Source: a virus. Taken from it: a stretch of DNA of 64,000 nt. The notes below the pieces were generated by a model. That model was not told the origin of the DNA. It saw only the letters and a program-made list of their open reading frames with translations, and searched no databases. Shown here in pieces: positions 19,401 to 28,545 of the stretch (the stretch's first letter is position 1; every line of letters begins with the position of its first letter). The position numbers and the translations under genes were made by a program. The stretch is from positions 1 to 64,000 of the IMG/VR virus record IMGVR_UViG_3300030329_003696. The stretch is one strand, 5' to 3'.

Positions 19401-21462
19401 CGAAACAAATTATCCAGACGCATATACTTACGGTGCGTTAAAGTGTAATTTTAATCCGTTCGAGGAGCAGTGGAACTACAACTACAAGCCGGAGCCGCAG
19501 GGTGGATTTTTTGATTTTACGCTGATTGGCGGAAATCTTTTATCTAGGACGCAGGCAAATACGCTTCCGGCAAACAAGTTACCACAGGGTGCTAGACAGG
19601 GACTCTTCCCAATCGACACCGAGGCTATTATAGAAGATAGCAACAGAATCAAGTGCTACGCTAGGTATGACAATAGCCACTTCTTAGATTTTACTAATGT
19701 TCCTACAGATGATTTTACTCAGCAGACACTGGATAAAGCTGGTAACTTTATTCCCGACGTTATTGAGACCCAGCCAAATGTACGCCCAGACAAAAGAATG
19801 GCGTTTGACAAAATTCAATCAACGATGACTGATAACCAACTTTTGGATAGGCAACCTCCATCGATGGCGTTTGTTAAGTGTCAGCTAGATGAGAGCTTCT
19901 ACTTACCACCAAAACTGCAAAGAAGAAGTTTATCCGTGTGGGCTACCGAGTACGACCTACACCTAGGTGAACCCTCATTTGACATTGTTGAGGCAGAAGA
20001 TCCAGACACCGGTTGTCCCGCTTTCCAGTTTAAGCTCAGGAGGCTTCAGCCGATATTCTCCGTTGCTGAAGGCGGAGGAAAAGGTCAAAATGTTAATCAT
20101 TGTGATTTCTTGAGAAGGGGGGATGGGATTGTTCACACAGAGCTTAGAGATTTAGACTCAGACCATGTCTATGCCATCATAACAGTGCCCGGTAGAATAC
20201 AGTCAACGGTAGACCAACGATGGGCTTCTGGACCAATGAAGGCTTACAACACAGTACAGATAGAAAACATATTAACGGCAGACGTTGTAAAGCATCCAGA
20301 TTTTAATAAACCAGCATTCCCTGAATTACAAGATGAGGTTGTGGTATGCCAAACTAAGGAAGAAGAGTATCCTGGAGGATTTAATACTTTTGAAGAGGCT
20401 TTCGCTGCCGGTTCTCCTCGTGGTCAGGTGGGTGCATTTTTTGAAGACGGAAAGTGGTGGCCTGGTGAGGCTTCCGACTATGTTGAATTTACCTTTGAGA
20501 ACCTAAACGAAATGGAAAGGGTGCAAAGAGCAGCCGTGAAGGGTATCGCACTTAGTTCCCCCGAGGGAGGTTTATCCTTTATACAGCCGTCACCCGTGTA
20601 CCCGAGCATGGTAGCAATACCGTTAATGTCAGAAGAAAGATGTTATGGACCTTGGCTTTCTATGGCTAGTTTAAACACGGCGAACCCTAGAGAGCGTTAT
20701 ACAAATATTGGTGGTAAGATAGAGTTTATCAAAGATGAAAAACTAGCACCTTGGAATTTTGCGGGATACCAACTACTCAACGAGGCTGGTTCCTTACAGG
20801 CAGACTTCTCAAACAGTTTACTATTATTTAGTGAAAGAGGTGGATTTGTTATGCCAGAGGCTCCAACGGGCCTAGCTATAGCGACAGCACTAAAGAAAGA
20901 AGGACCGCTAATAACCTCCATTTCAGTTGACGTTGGTGACGGAGGCGTTAAGACCACCGTTAAAATGGATCTTTATACTGCACAATATGGAAAGCTACAG
21001 AAACAAAAAGAAGGTGCGATAGCAAAAATTGCTAGAGACAGACAAAAGATTATTGATCAAACAAATGACGCAGCAAGGAAGGGTTTTGGCAAGGGCCAAA
21101 GTAACAAAAACTTAGTTGCATCCTTGTTAGCAAATGGGGGGCAACAGATTTTAGACTTGGTTAAAGGCAACGACCAATTCTTTACTGACGCACAGAAGGG
21201 TAAAAACCCGAGAACGCTATTTGTTCTAGATGATGTTGGTGGACAAATGATTTCAGAAGACTCTATCAAAGAATCTATGGAACAATACCCAGACGAACTA
21301 TTAAGACAAAAGGCACTAGAGGACAAAGCAATAGCTGGACCAGAAAATATTTTTACGGGAGTTTCTGCTCAAGATAACCATCCAAATATGGTTTCGTTTG
21401 AATATTCAAACCCTAGAGCCATACAGGAATCCATTATGCCCCATCAGGGCCGAAATGCATAA
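16489..21462 (+). CDS. Large tail/baseplate hub-like structural protein
   Basis: Likely start is ATG 16489, preceded by GGAG. The N-terminal FLGASITNF..FGGILQSY..VNVVDPRE and C-terminal GPLITSISVDV..VKTTVK segments resemble hub-type tail proteins; central coiled coil. Confidence 0.5.
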   Translation: MTIDHNYSTIPTSGTIDPQGSWPKKHVLPQGKNGSLSVGGWTVDNEGFIQQTFLGASITNFNLNAGFGDTSSSLSCQLVNDEYNRSDGYKVGIGDDPYHNGKFDMFAPPVVGSPVFFKFGKNPATVEQAFRKTFDDLYNIKTLADFQDFPESSYSEPLEEVEPYHYVDLDRKVVIDKSRLWDLGTFDRGRNHFAFGGILQSYTQNRGAGGSPLFSVNVVDPREVLSNAILIFNNYQGTTYNNKNLFNIYGFLEYDPTDDLKSDLDTRALGKGIVKRVLNPDGTSIYAGFEDPDLSSPPPANLHIGKLDANGLPVVTNLLDQYYIDDVLFPITGQGFSRRSSRGIPFYRISQAIRTLFEYDGPMPSEYTQAGFGGVVNFRGFNYVVDFTGIPTDLIPLGYFVDFDQLDMLSFAQELCDIISHELYVTLLPVIDHPACSYLYERNNILARAGKTSEMVAGIIRIDAIDKTRQPKYGAIKEYLDGLENRGVHVENQDVGFELSNVTTDKFVVGAQKVDMVFLTGNKDRDDLQQRRNEAGLSNKVEQLQKDQWSLETSLKQQFLPFYGFLGDNKAVTIPKGFGSYQQILLDSSNLNAYGVGNYYVATEMELRAALVSFERWKEFLLSYNETYIQDVAQYGATYAAAANANPEINKALRDWKSTLGLQQGDELDLAVAGFEERKFAVAVPRSVWNSDKPYMGADGYPASPCNPPYGYPLYYKRAQKIGIPEAGVVQIQNSVTKLITNYQSLNNTTGKPDKFSVIPKDDIRERIEHYEKALMEMRESWLAANPKEEEKDGYRDTPRFKTLALAIKKARDFQENYAGIVKNLEDAKSNRLAATKNALGLVDGDGKPKDTPITRMIANLPKTAKNHLDNAKKVYNFVKKVAEENLGKKYLVKIPKACNTRWQPNIVHWNDGTYNEAAGPFGFRPEPINSDFGFRLSLVGNRKSQPADAFTTYLNYRILDHNNRRTGHATETNYPDAYTYGALKCNFNPFEEQWNYNYKPEPQGGFFDFTLIGGNLLSRTQANTLPANKLPQGARQGLFPIDTEAIIEDSNRIKCYARYDNSHFLDFTNVPTDDFTQQTLDKAGNFIPDVIETQPNVRPDKRMAFDKIQSTMTDNQLLDRQPPSMAFVKCQLDESFYLPPKLQRRSLSVWATEYDLHLGEPSFDIVEAEDPDTGCPAFQFKLRRLQPIFSVAEGGGKGQNVNHCDFLRRGDGIVHTELRDLDSDHVYAIITVPGRIQSTVDQRWASGPMKAYNTVQIENILTADVVKHPDFNKPAFPELQDEVVVCQTKEEEYPGGFNTFEEAFAAGSPRGQVGAFFEDGKWWPGEASDYVEFTFENLNEMERVQRAAVKGIALSSPEGGLSFIQPSPVYPSMVAIPLMSEERCYGPWLSMASLNTANPRERYTNIGGKIEFIKDEKLAPWNFAGYQLLNEAGSLQADFSNSLLLFSERGGFVMPEAPTGLAIATALKKEGPLITSISVDVGDGGVKTTVKMDLYTAQYGKLQKQKEGAIAKIARDRQKIIDQTNDAARKGFGKGQSNKNLVASLLANGGQQILDLVKGNDQFFTDAQKGKNPRTLFVLDDVGGQMISEDSIKESMEQYPDELLRQKALEDKAIAGPENIFTGVSAQDNHPNMVSFEYSNPRAIQESIMPHQGRNA

Positions 21463-21479
21463 ACAAAGGAGAAAAGGAC

Positions 21480-24400
21480 ATGGCTAAAGATTTTTTCGCT
21501 GCATCGAACTCTAAAGAGCCGGTAGCGGACTTTCACGCAATAATCACAGAGCATCCCAGAATGATAGCTTTGGGGTTAGGTGTATTCACCACCGGAGATC
21601 TAAACGCTTGGTTGCAAACTTTAGAGGGTAATACCCCCCTAGACCCAACACCTCCCCCGCAAGAGTTCTATAAGAACTGGCGAGCTGTAAACTATGCAAG
21701 CATTGATGACATACTTGGACACGGTTCTAAAGATGAAGATGACTGGGGCGTCTTCCATGCTTGGAGGAGAAGTGAGGCCACCGGTAAATATGCCCAAAAG
21801 TCAATATCAGCTTGGGATTATAGCTACATGGGTCTTGATGGTGCTTTTACGCAAGACGATTTATTGTTGGGTAGCTATTGGAACCTATCTGACCCAGACG
21901 GCGTGATCTTTACACACATAAGTCCAGACGGGGAAGGTATCGCTGATGGTTGGACGGCTCGCGGCCAAGCTCCTTCTAAGTTCGGCAGAAACTTCTTCTC
22001 GGGGTCTCAAAGCTCTATTTTACAAATCATAGAAATGAATCGATTTGTTAATCAATTCAGAAGATTCTACCCAAGAGGCGAATGGTCAGATAGCGTCCAC
22101 CCAGATTTACAATCCGCAAACCTGTTTGCAATGGATTCATTTTTAACTGATATAAAAGCTAGCAAGTACGGTTTCTTAGAATTTTATGCCGATGTTCCTT
22201 TTAATATAAATCAAGCTGATGGCGGGATACAATGTGTAAAGGTTGACAGGGTAAAATTTAAGTTATACTTATACGACGACTCAAAAGTTAGAAATTCCAA
22301 TAAGCTTGTTGTACTCAAAGACCCTAAATTTGCTGGATACAAAAGAGATAGTTTAGGTAGGATTTACAGGTCTAGTAATGATGGAGAAATGGTGGAAGCT
22401 AATACTTCCAACCCAGGGGAGCAGTCTGTTGGAGAACTAGAGCGAAAATGGAATCCATATACCCAGAAGTGGGAATCTGGAAGTGCCAACGTGTTTGCCA
22501 AAGTAGTCACTAGAATCAGACAGGCTGTTAATAACCCTAGCGTAGAAAGCTTAGTAGATAGTGATATAAAACAAGATCTAGATGGAGATCCAGATAGACA
22601 CTTTGCTCCAAGTAGTGGTCTGTGTATGCCAATTGAAATGCAAAACGGAAACCCCATGCAGTGGCAACCAAATTATGCTAGAGCTTCTGGGTGTAGGGAG
22701 GAGTCTAGGGAAAAAGCTACAGTAGTGGGGTATAACTACAACCCCCTAAAATCTTACCCCAAAGACACACTGGTTATGTTAACTCAAATGGGTGGGATAT
22801 GGCACATAACCGACATGGGTAGCGGCATTATTGACGACGAAATCTCTGAGGTTGATGCTACCATCGAGGGCAAGTGGGAGTTTCAGTATATGGGCACCAA
22901 CGCAAACAACTATTTTGTTGCACTAGATTGGAATGGTGATAACTCCGTATTACCCGTAAAAAAAACCAAAGTAGACCCAGAGGCTATTGAGCGTGCTGTA
23001 CACAGAAGCTACTACTGGGACGACGTTCAAAATGGTGGGGATGGAGTGAGTTTATTAGGAGGATTGCTAGGTGCCTTTGACGACTTTCACGATGCAGGAG
23101 AGGTAAGGTGGAGTAAAAAGGGTCAAAAACCGCTGGTAAGCATGAATGGTTATTGGCAATTCACATCTTTTGATTTTATGGACCCCCTTGTTGGCGGCAC
23201 CCATACTCACAATTTCTTAGCTTCAACAAATGCACTACAAAATAGTGCTGGAACACAAACTGGTGGTGGAGGAGACATCGATGTGGGTCAATCAGCTCAT
23301 ACAGGCGGTTTTTTTGGCTGCTGTTTTCCAGACGGGTATACACTAAACAGCACTAACGCATATTTTAATGCTCCGGGTACTGAAAGAGACTTTGTTATAT
23401 TTCCAGCCAGTAATGGAACAAGTGCCTATTCATTAGTTAATAATTTTAATAGCAAGCTCTTTAACACAAGTATCCTAAATAGCAGTCCAGCGGCTGAACC
23501 ATTCATAGATCCAGCACCTGGTTTTCAGAGGAAGGATCAACTTCCTACACGCAATGACTATGATAATGAAGGAAACTTGATTACTCTAGAAGAGCCTTGG
23601 GGAGACCATCCAGGGCCTATGAGTCCACTAATAGGTGCATATATTCCGGCAAGGAGCAAACTTAAGAGTCTTCTTCCTGGGGCAGACCCAGAGGCTCCAA
23701 ACCCAGCATACGACACTCAGTATGACAGAGAGGGGGAAGCACGTCGGAGTTTCACAAGACCGCATCAGCCGTATTATTCTCCATCTATGTTTTATCAAGA
23801 AACGCATTATAACGCTAGGGACTTGAAGCATCTACCTGCTGACATAGCTACCCTTTCAGCCCCCGGTACTGAAAACGGCTGTCCAATTCAAAATATACAT
23901 GCGTATGCCGCACTTATGTCTTCCACTAAAGGCGGGACTATGCGGGAGGCTGTTAAAGATATTTTTAGGGAAAGACACTGGCTTTTCAAATCAACGCCGT
24001 TACCCACGACGGAACAGAGATACTCTCCCTCAGATTCAGCCTATGGCTTTAAACCAAAACGTGTTAATAAAATTCAATTTAGCCCGTTAAAATATGGGAC
24101 TTGGACGCAGTTTATAGGGGGGTGGGGTAAGGTTTCTGATTATGTCTATGGTGCTGACGGAACGAAGCGTTTTGATGAGCTTGATAGAAGAGACAAAGCC
24201 GCTGAAGCCGTTAGATTTTATCATCCTAGCGACGGAAATAAGATAGTGCCGATATGTTCAGAATTGTCAGCTATAAGAAATTTGGGTTGGTTGTCATATG
24301 AGTCGGCTATTGGTACGAGACCGACGACTGCGGGGACGATAGGGGGGAACAGATATATAGCCCTCGATTCAATATGGGACGATAAAAAAGGATTGAAACT

Positions 24401-26051
24401 AAGAGGTGACCTAAAACAAAACGGTATGAGTATAAATGTTATGGGGTATGGCGGCAGAGCACACTCTAGAGATTGGTGGAAAGGGGCTTTATACAATGGT
24501 GGAATAGATCCACATAAGTACACCAGTGAAGCTAATTTTCCGAGTGATCTTAAAGATGGTCAAACCGGAGACAATATTGGTGCCAATGTTTTTGGAGTAA
24601 TAGGTGCAACAGCCACAGCTGCCGCAAACCAGCAGATAACGTTTAACACTAGAAATACTCTTGGTATGATGTGTGAGAGTAAACGTGGAACCATGAGTGC
24701 CTACCTCAAGCCTTCTTGGGGTGGTAGTGATGTTAATACGCTATATTCAAACAAAACCACTATACTGTTCGCAACCATATACCATGCTCATGCTAGGGAA
24801 GATACCATTTATGATCCTAGATATTTTGCCGTACATCACTTTAATCCAGACGGGTTGAAGCTCCTAAGTCCTGCGGTCCCGGGCTATTTCAATAACGATC
24901 CAATTCTTTATATTCCCACGCCCTTTCAGCAGCGGCAAGGAAGAAATATCGTTACAATAACTCAAAACATCATGACCAGAGACGTTGTATTAGATGATAA
25001 CGGTGTACCATATCAGGATAGTGATAACTTCTATAAACTTGGTCCAAACAGAATGCTTTCAAAAGAAGTTCCTCAACCATCGAGATATGGTCCAGATGGG
25101 GGTACACCCGTAACATGCCAAGTAGGAGAGCAAGTATTTAAGGATGTTGTGCTGGGTCAGACAGCTATACTTCCAGAGCAGTTCTGGAATTTTACTAGCG
25201 ACAGAGTAGGAAAGCTTTTACCATACAGGCATTATAAAAGACAGATTGGTGTACCCTTTGCAAGCGGTGACGTGATTGATCTAAATAGTGCGGCTACTTC
25301 ACACACCTCAGACGTAGATGATAGGGAAGCTTCTACACATTTCGATGAGTTAATAATAAAATCATCTGGAGAGAACTATAAAAAGGGCGATATACTAGGC
25401 AACATAGGTACTAAAGTCAATATTTCAGTGGAAGAAGTTATCACCGTAAATAAGCCAAATAAACCGGGTGAACAGATTAGGGGTGTTGTCTCTAAAATTA
25501 AGGTGTATAATCCGGGGGTCATAAGTCCTAGTGTGTTCCCAAATAGTGACGCTAAATTAAAAGATGGTGTCACAGACGGTTTAGCAATTAGAAATGTAGC
25601 TGCCGCAGGCACTGGATTTGATGCATTTTTTGTTAATGGCAAAGTATACGCCAGCCTACCCATAGATCACAAGCCTAAGTATTTATCATCAGCCGGTAGG
25701 TACGTACAATTGAGTGCAGATGCAGACGTTGGACGTAGCGATTCTGTTACAAACACCAGAGATGATCCAGTAATTATTCTGGGCGGATTTGGCAATTTAT
25801 TTGGATTTGGAGGAGGTGGCGGTGTTACCACCAACAGGGTTGGTAAGGATTTTGGCGTAGTTTACACCGGTAGGGACGTTTCCGTTCAGATTAAGTCTGA
25901 CGAAAGATCACCAAATAGTAAATATGACATATTTTTCCATATGCATAACGATATTACCTTCACTCTTACTGATCCCGATAGATATGCGGACGTTCAAAAC
26001 CCCACTGAAGTTGTCCAGAACTGGATTGAAACTACAATCAATGCAATTTGA
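21480..26051 (+). CDS. Large tail-associated structural protein (1523 aa)
   Basis: AAGGAG/AAGGA RBS. The C-terminal SGENYKKGD...VSKIKVYNPG segment resembles G-x-G-Y tail/baseplate repeats; tail-module context. Confidence 0.5.
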   Translation: MAKDFFAASNSKEPVADFHAIITEHPRMIALGLGVFTTGDLNAWLQTLEGNTPLDPTPPPQEFYKNWRAVNYASIDDILGHGSKDEDDWGVFHAWRRSEATGKYAQKSISAWDYSYMGLDGAFTQDDLLLGSYWNLSDPDGVIFTHISPDGEGIADGWTARGQAPSKFGRNFFSGSQSSILQIIEMNRFVNQFRRFYPRGEWSDSVHPDLQSANLFAMDSFLTDIKASKYGFLEFYADVPFNINQADGGIQCVKVDRVKFKLYLYDDSKVRNSNKLVVLKDPKFAGYKRDSLGRIYRSSNDGEMVEANTSNPGEQSVGELERKWNPYTQKWESGSANVFAKVVTRIRQAVNNPSVESLVDSDIKQDLDGDPDRHFAPSSGLCMPIEMQNGNPMQWQPNYARASGCREESREKATVVGYNYNPLKSYPKDTLVMLTQMGGIWHITDMGSGIIDDEISEVDATIEGKWEFQYMGTNANNYFVALDWNGDNSVLPVKKTKVDPEAIERAVHRSYYWDDVQNGGDGVSLLGGLLGAFDDFHDAGEVRWSKKGQKPLVSMNGYWQFTSFDFMDPLVGGTHTHNFLASTNALQNSAGTQTGGGGDIDVGQSAHTGGFFGCCFPDGYTLNSTNAYFNAPGTERDFVIFPASNGTSAYSLVNNFNSKLFNTSILNSSPAAEPFIDPAPGFQRKDQLPTRNDYDNEGNLITLEEPWGDHPGPMSPLIGAYIPARSKLKSLLPGADPEAPNPAYDTQYDREGEARRSFTRPHQPYYSPSMFYQETHYNARDLKHLPADIATLSAPGTENGCPIQNIHAYAALMSSTKGGTMREAVKDIFRERHWLFKSTPLPTTEQRYSPSDSAYGFKPKRVNKIQFSPLKYGTWTQFIGGWGKVSDYVYGADGTKRFDELDRRDKAAEAVRFYHPSDGNKIVPICSELSAIRNLGWLSYESAIGTRPTTAGTIGGNRYIALDSIWDDKKGLKLRGDLKQNGMSINVMGYGGRAHSRDWWKGALYNGGIDPHKYTSEANFPSDLKDGQTGDNIGANVFGVIGATATAAANQQITFNTRNTLGMMCESKRGTMSAYLKPSWGGSDVNTLYSNKTTILFATIYHAHAREDTIYDPRYFAVHHFNPDGLKLLSPAVPGYFNNDPILYIPTPFQQRQGRNIVTITQNIMTRDVVLDDNGVPYQDSDNFYKLGPNRMLSKEVPQPSRYGPDGGTPVTCQVGEQVFKDVVLGQTAILPEQFWNFTSDRVGKLLPYRHYKRQIGVPFASGDVIDLNSAATSHTSDVDDREASTHFDELIIKSSGENYKKGDILGNIGTKVNISVEEVITVNKPNKPGEQIRGVVSKIKVYNPGVISPSVFPNSDAKLKDGVTDGLAIRNVAAAGTGFDAFFVNGKVYASLPIDHKPKYLSSAGRYVQLSADADVGRSDSVTNTRDDPVIILGGFGNLFGFGGGGGVTTNRVGKDFGVVYTGRDVSVQIKSDERSPNSKYDIFFHMHNDITFTLTDPDRYADVQNPTEVVQNWIETTINAI

Positions 26052-26059
26052 CCGTTTTT

Positions 26060-26069
26060 GTGTATAATA
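26060..26069 (+). promoter_or_regulatory. Putative promoter (GTGTATAATA, contains TATAAT -10 box)
   Basis: Intergenic TATAAT at 26063-26068, about 35 nt upstream of an ATG with AAGGAG RBS. No canonical -35 at 17-nt spacing; the same 10-mer occurs at 13988. Confidence 0.4.
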
Positions 26070-26103
26070 TATAGAACTTTGTTGACAAAAAGGAGACATT
26101 TTT

Positions 26104-26895
26104 ATGGCTACAATAACTTTTCATTGTAATGCGGCGACGAATACGCTCGAATCAGACTTTGATGCAGATCCAACACTCATAGAAAATTCCGCTGGATCTG
26201 GTCTAGGATTTTTTGGTGCTGGCTTTGGGCTTTCCGTGCCCGTTGGTCAGTATCAGCAGCAAACTTATGTAACAAATGCTAATGGTACGTCTTCCGGCGT
26301 ACAGTCTACAAATACTAGGTATTCTTCGACAGAAGCCGATGCGGGCGGTATGCCCGGAAGCGGCATGTTTGCTGGAAATGACGCTTTTTTTATTGGAAAT
26401 TCTGGATTGCCAAACCATATGGCACCACTAAATATTAGATTTGAACACAATACTGACGACGCCGGTGTTAAAGTTCAAAACTGTAAACTTAGAATTTTTG
26501 ATAGAGCGAACATTAATAATCACGCCAGTGGTGTGACAACTAAAGTATATGAAGTCCGTCGTCCCCATCCAGTCAAAAACGGTTTTGCTGCTGGACAGGG
26601 AGCTTTAAAGCTTAGGGGTGACGTTGGCGATCACAAATGGAACACTTGGGATCATGAAGAAGACGCTTCTGTTGCAGATATGAATTTTACCCCAAGCCCA
26701 GGTCCTAGCGGTCTTAATACCTCTAGCGACGATCCAATCGCGGAGACAGAAGGGTCATATAGGAATTGGATCTCAAAATCTGGAGAGGCTTGTAGAGCCA
26801 AGCGTCATGATTGGTATGTCGCAATTAGTGCATCTCCCAATGAAATAGGATCTAAGACTGATTTTGGAATGTACTTTACCGTCGAATATCTTTAA
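26104..26895 (+). CDS. Putative virion structural protein
   Basis: 263 aa, strong RBS, Gly/Ser-rich and beta-strand-like, C-terminal FTVEYL, end of the structural arm. Confidence 0.55.
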   Translation: MATITFHCNAATNTLESDFDADPTLIENSAGSGLGFFGAGFGLSVPVGQYQQQTYVTNANGTSSGVQSTNTRYSSTEADAGGMPGSGMFAGNDAFFIGNSGLPNHMAPLNIRFEHNTDDAGVKVQNCKLRIFDRANINNHASGVTTKVYEVRRPHPVKNGFAAGQGALKLRGDVGDHKWNTWDHEEDASVADMNFTPSPGPSGLNTSSDDPIAETEGSYRNWISKSGEACRAKRHDWYVAISASPNEIGSKTDFGMYFTVEYL

Positions 26896-26921
26896 TTTCT
26901 ATTTAATGGAGAACAAATAAA

Positions 26922-27362
26922 ATGGCATTTTCACATACAAACCAAATAGCTTTTACATACACGGCTGGCGGGACATCCGCTAAAAAAACGATTTCTAGAA
27001 CAGAGACCTCTGGTGCTGAAATGAATGTCTCTGAAGCAGTTACTACCGATGCCTCCACGGCAACTACCCCTATTGACATAGACGGTTTTGAATTCGCTAC
27101 GAAAGCTAAGGCCGTGTCTGTTTATCTTAGGATAGATGGATTTGATTGCGAACTCAAAGGCGGAGCTTCGGGTGCAACCAAGATGGCAGACCTAGTCGAT
27201 GGGGAGCCTTATGTCTGGTCTGGAACGGGCGGAGACTTCCCAGCTGGGAATGAGAACCCTATGGTAGACGCCACAGACATGTTAAAGGTAGTACCTGCCA
27301 GTGATGCTGGACTCGAAACCGCTGGGACTCTCACTGTTAAGGTATTATACGACCCAACGTAG
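26922..27362 (+). CDS. Putative small virion (decoration-like) protein
   Basis: 146 aa, GGAG RBS, Ala/Thr/Gly-rich and acidic, last gene before the terminator. Confidence 0.55.
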   Translation: MAFSHTNQIAFTYTAGGTSAKKTISRTETSGAEMNVSEAVTTDASTATTPIDIDGFEFATKAKAVSVYLRIDGFDCELKGGASGATKMADLVDGEPYVWSGTGGDFPAGNENPMVDATDMLKVVPASDAGLETAGTLTVKVLYDPT

Positions 27363-27390
27363 TCTTTAGGTCTTCAAGTCTTCAAGGTTC

Positions 27391-27430
27391 AAAAGAAAAA
27401 GGGGTGGTTTCGGCCACCCCTTCTTCGTTT
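27391..27430. terminator. Bidirectional rho-independent terminator
   Basis: AAAAGAAAAA-GGGGTGGT-TTCG-GCCACCCC-TTCTTCGTTT: GC stem with UUCG loop, flanked by an A-tract and a T-rich tract, between convergent gene arms. Confidence 0.9.
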
Positions 27431-27442
27431 CTCCTTTGTTGT

Positions 27443-27775
27443 TTATTCGTTCTTTTCAGTTTTAGGGTTCCACTTGACCCAACCTCTGTCGGGCAACCAG
27501 TTGTCGCCATCTTTCCTTTTTGGAAATAGACCACCTCCCTTCTTATGAGAACCAAAGGATAGTTTTGCCCCGCAATCCATACAACGCAGTTCATAATATA
27601 GATTATCATCTACATTCCTCACTACGAAGCGTAGGTTTTCGGAGCCACATTTTCCACAGACCGTCTCCTCAAACACCTCCTGAAATCTTGCAATCTCAGC
27701 AAAAATGTCTCTTTGAGAATCGCCCTCTATTTCGACGCTTATGCGACCGTTACTAGTTTGATAATTTACCTTCAT
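27443..27775 (-). CDS. Hypothetical zinc-ribbon protein
   Basis: CGKC...CMDC pair. Likely start is ATG 27775 in TAATG overlap with the upstream gene. Confidence 0.65.
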   Translation of the reverse strand: MKVNYQTSNGRISVEIEGDSQRDIFAEIARFQEVFEETVCGKCGSENLRFVVRNVDDNLYYELRCMDCGAKLSFGSHKKGGGLFPKRKDGDNWLPDRGWVKWNPKTEKNE

Positions 27776-28545
27776 TAATTTCTCCAATCTGCTACGTAGG
27801 CACTAATATTATCAGGAATCAAACTTTTATCCTGTTGAAAATCGTTTAGTTTCTTGATGGCATCACTCGCTTGACGCTTATCAATCTTTCTTTTAACATT
27901 CAAGCTAAACACAACGTCGAAAAACTCAGTAACGCTTAGGTTTAGTTGTTTGCATTTTGAGTCAATAAAGTTGGCCTGAGCATCACTCATTCTATAGGAA
28001 TCGTCATACTCGCCCTCAGTTTCCACTCGTTTTGTTTGGCTAATACTCTTTACAATACTAGCCGTATCCTTCTTGGTCATCTCTTCAGCGGCGACAGTAC
28101 GCAACCTAAGAGCTTTTCTTAAAGCCCTGCCCTCAGCACGGGTGGCTGCTGTGGCGGTGTTAAACACACAAAACATGTCGTCTGTGTTGCCTTCCCAGCT
28201 ATCAGCCACATCGGAGAAAACGGAGCCGTCACCAAACACAACTTCCCAAATAACAGTGGCTCTTCCAACCTCGTCACCGGTGGATGGAGGAAAAACCTGT
28301 GTTGGTTTACTAGAAACAATTTGCCCTAAAACTAGTTCAGAGACTCTTCTTAGGCCAGCACAAGTGGGCCGTCCATCAAACAGTTCATTATCAGCAAACA
28401 AGCCTAATACGTAGTCGTTCCATTCTGGAGACGTAATATTGGGTGCATCATCCATAATTATATCCTTCACGCTAGTATCCACCGTAGATGGAGATTCTAA
28501 CTCAACATGTTCAAACAAATCGTCATTCTTCTCTAATTCAATCAT
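27775..28545 (-). CDS. Putative ssDNA-annealing protein (Rad52/Erf/Sak-like recombinase)
   Basis: Helix TAATRAEGRALRKALRL after beta-strands, typical of Rad52-fold annealases; C-terminal SDAQ..I / ASDAIKKL module. Confidence 0.55.
   Translation of the reverse strand: MIELEKNDDLFEHVELESPSTVDTSVKDIIMDDAPNITSPEWNDYVLGLFADNELFDGRPTCAGLRRVSELVLGQIVSSKPTQVFPPSTGDEVGRATVIWEVVFGDGSVFSDVADSWEGNTDDMFCVFNTATAATRAEGRALRKALRLRTVAAEEMTKKDTASIVKSISQTKRVETEGEYDDSYRMSDAQANFIDSKCKQLNLSVTEFFDVVFSLNVKRKIDKRQASDAIKKLNDFQQDKSLIPDNISAYVADWRN

Noticed and set aside
27382-27609. 75-aa minus-strand ORF crossing the terminator
   Set aside because: Out-of-frame overlap with the zinc-ribbon gene, and it runs through the terminator hairpin.
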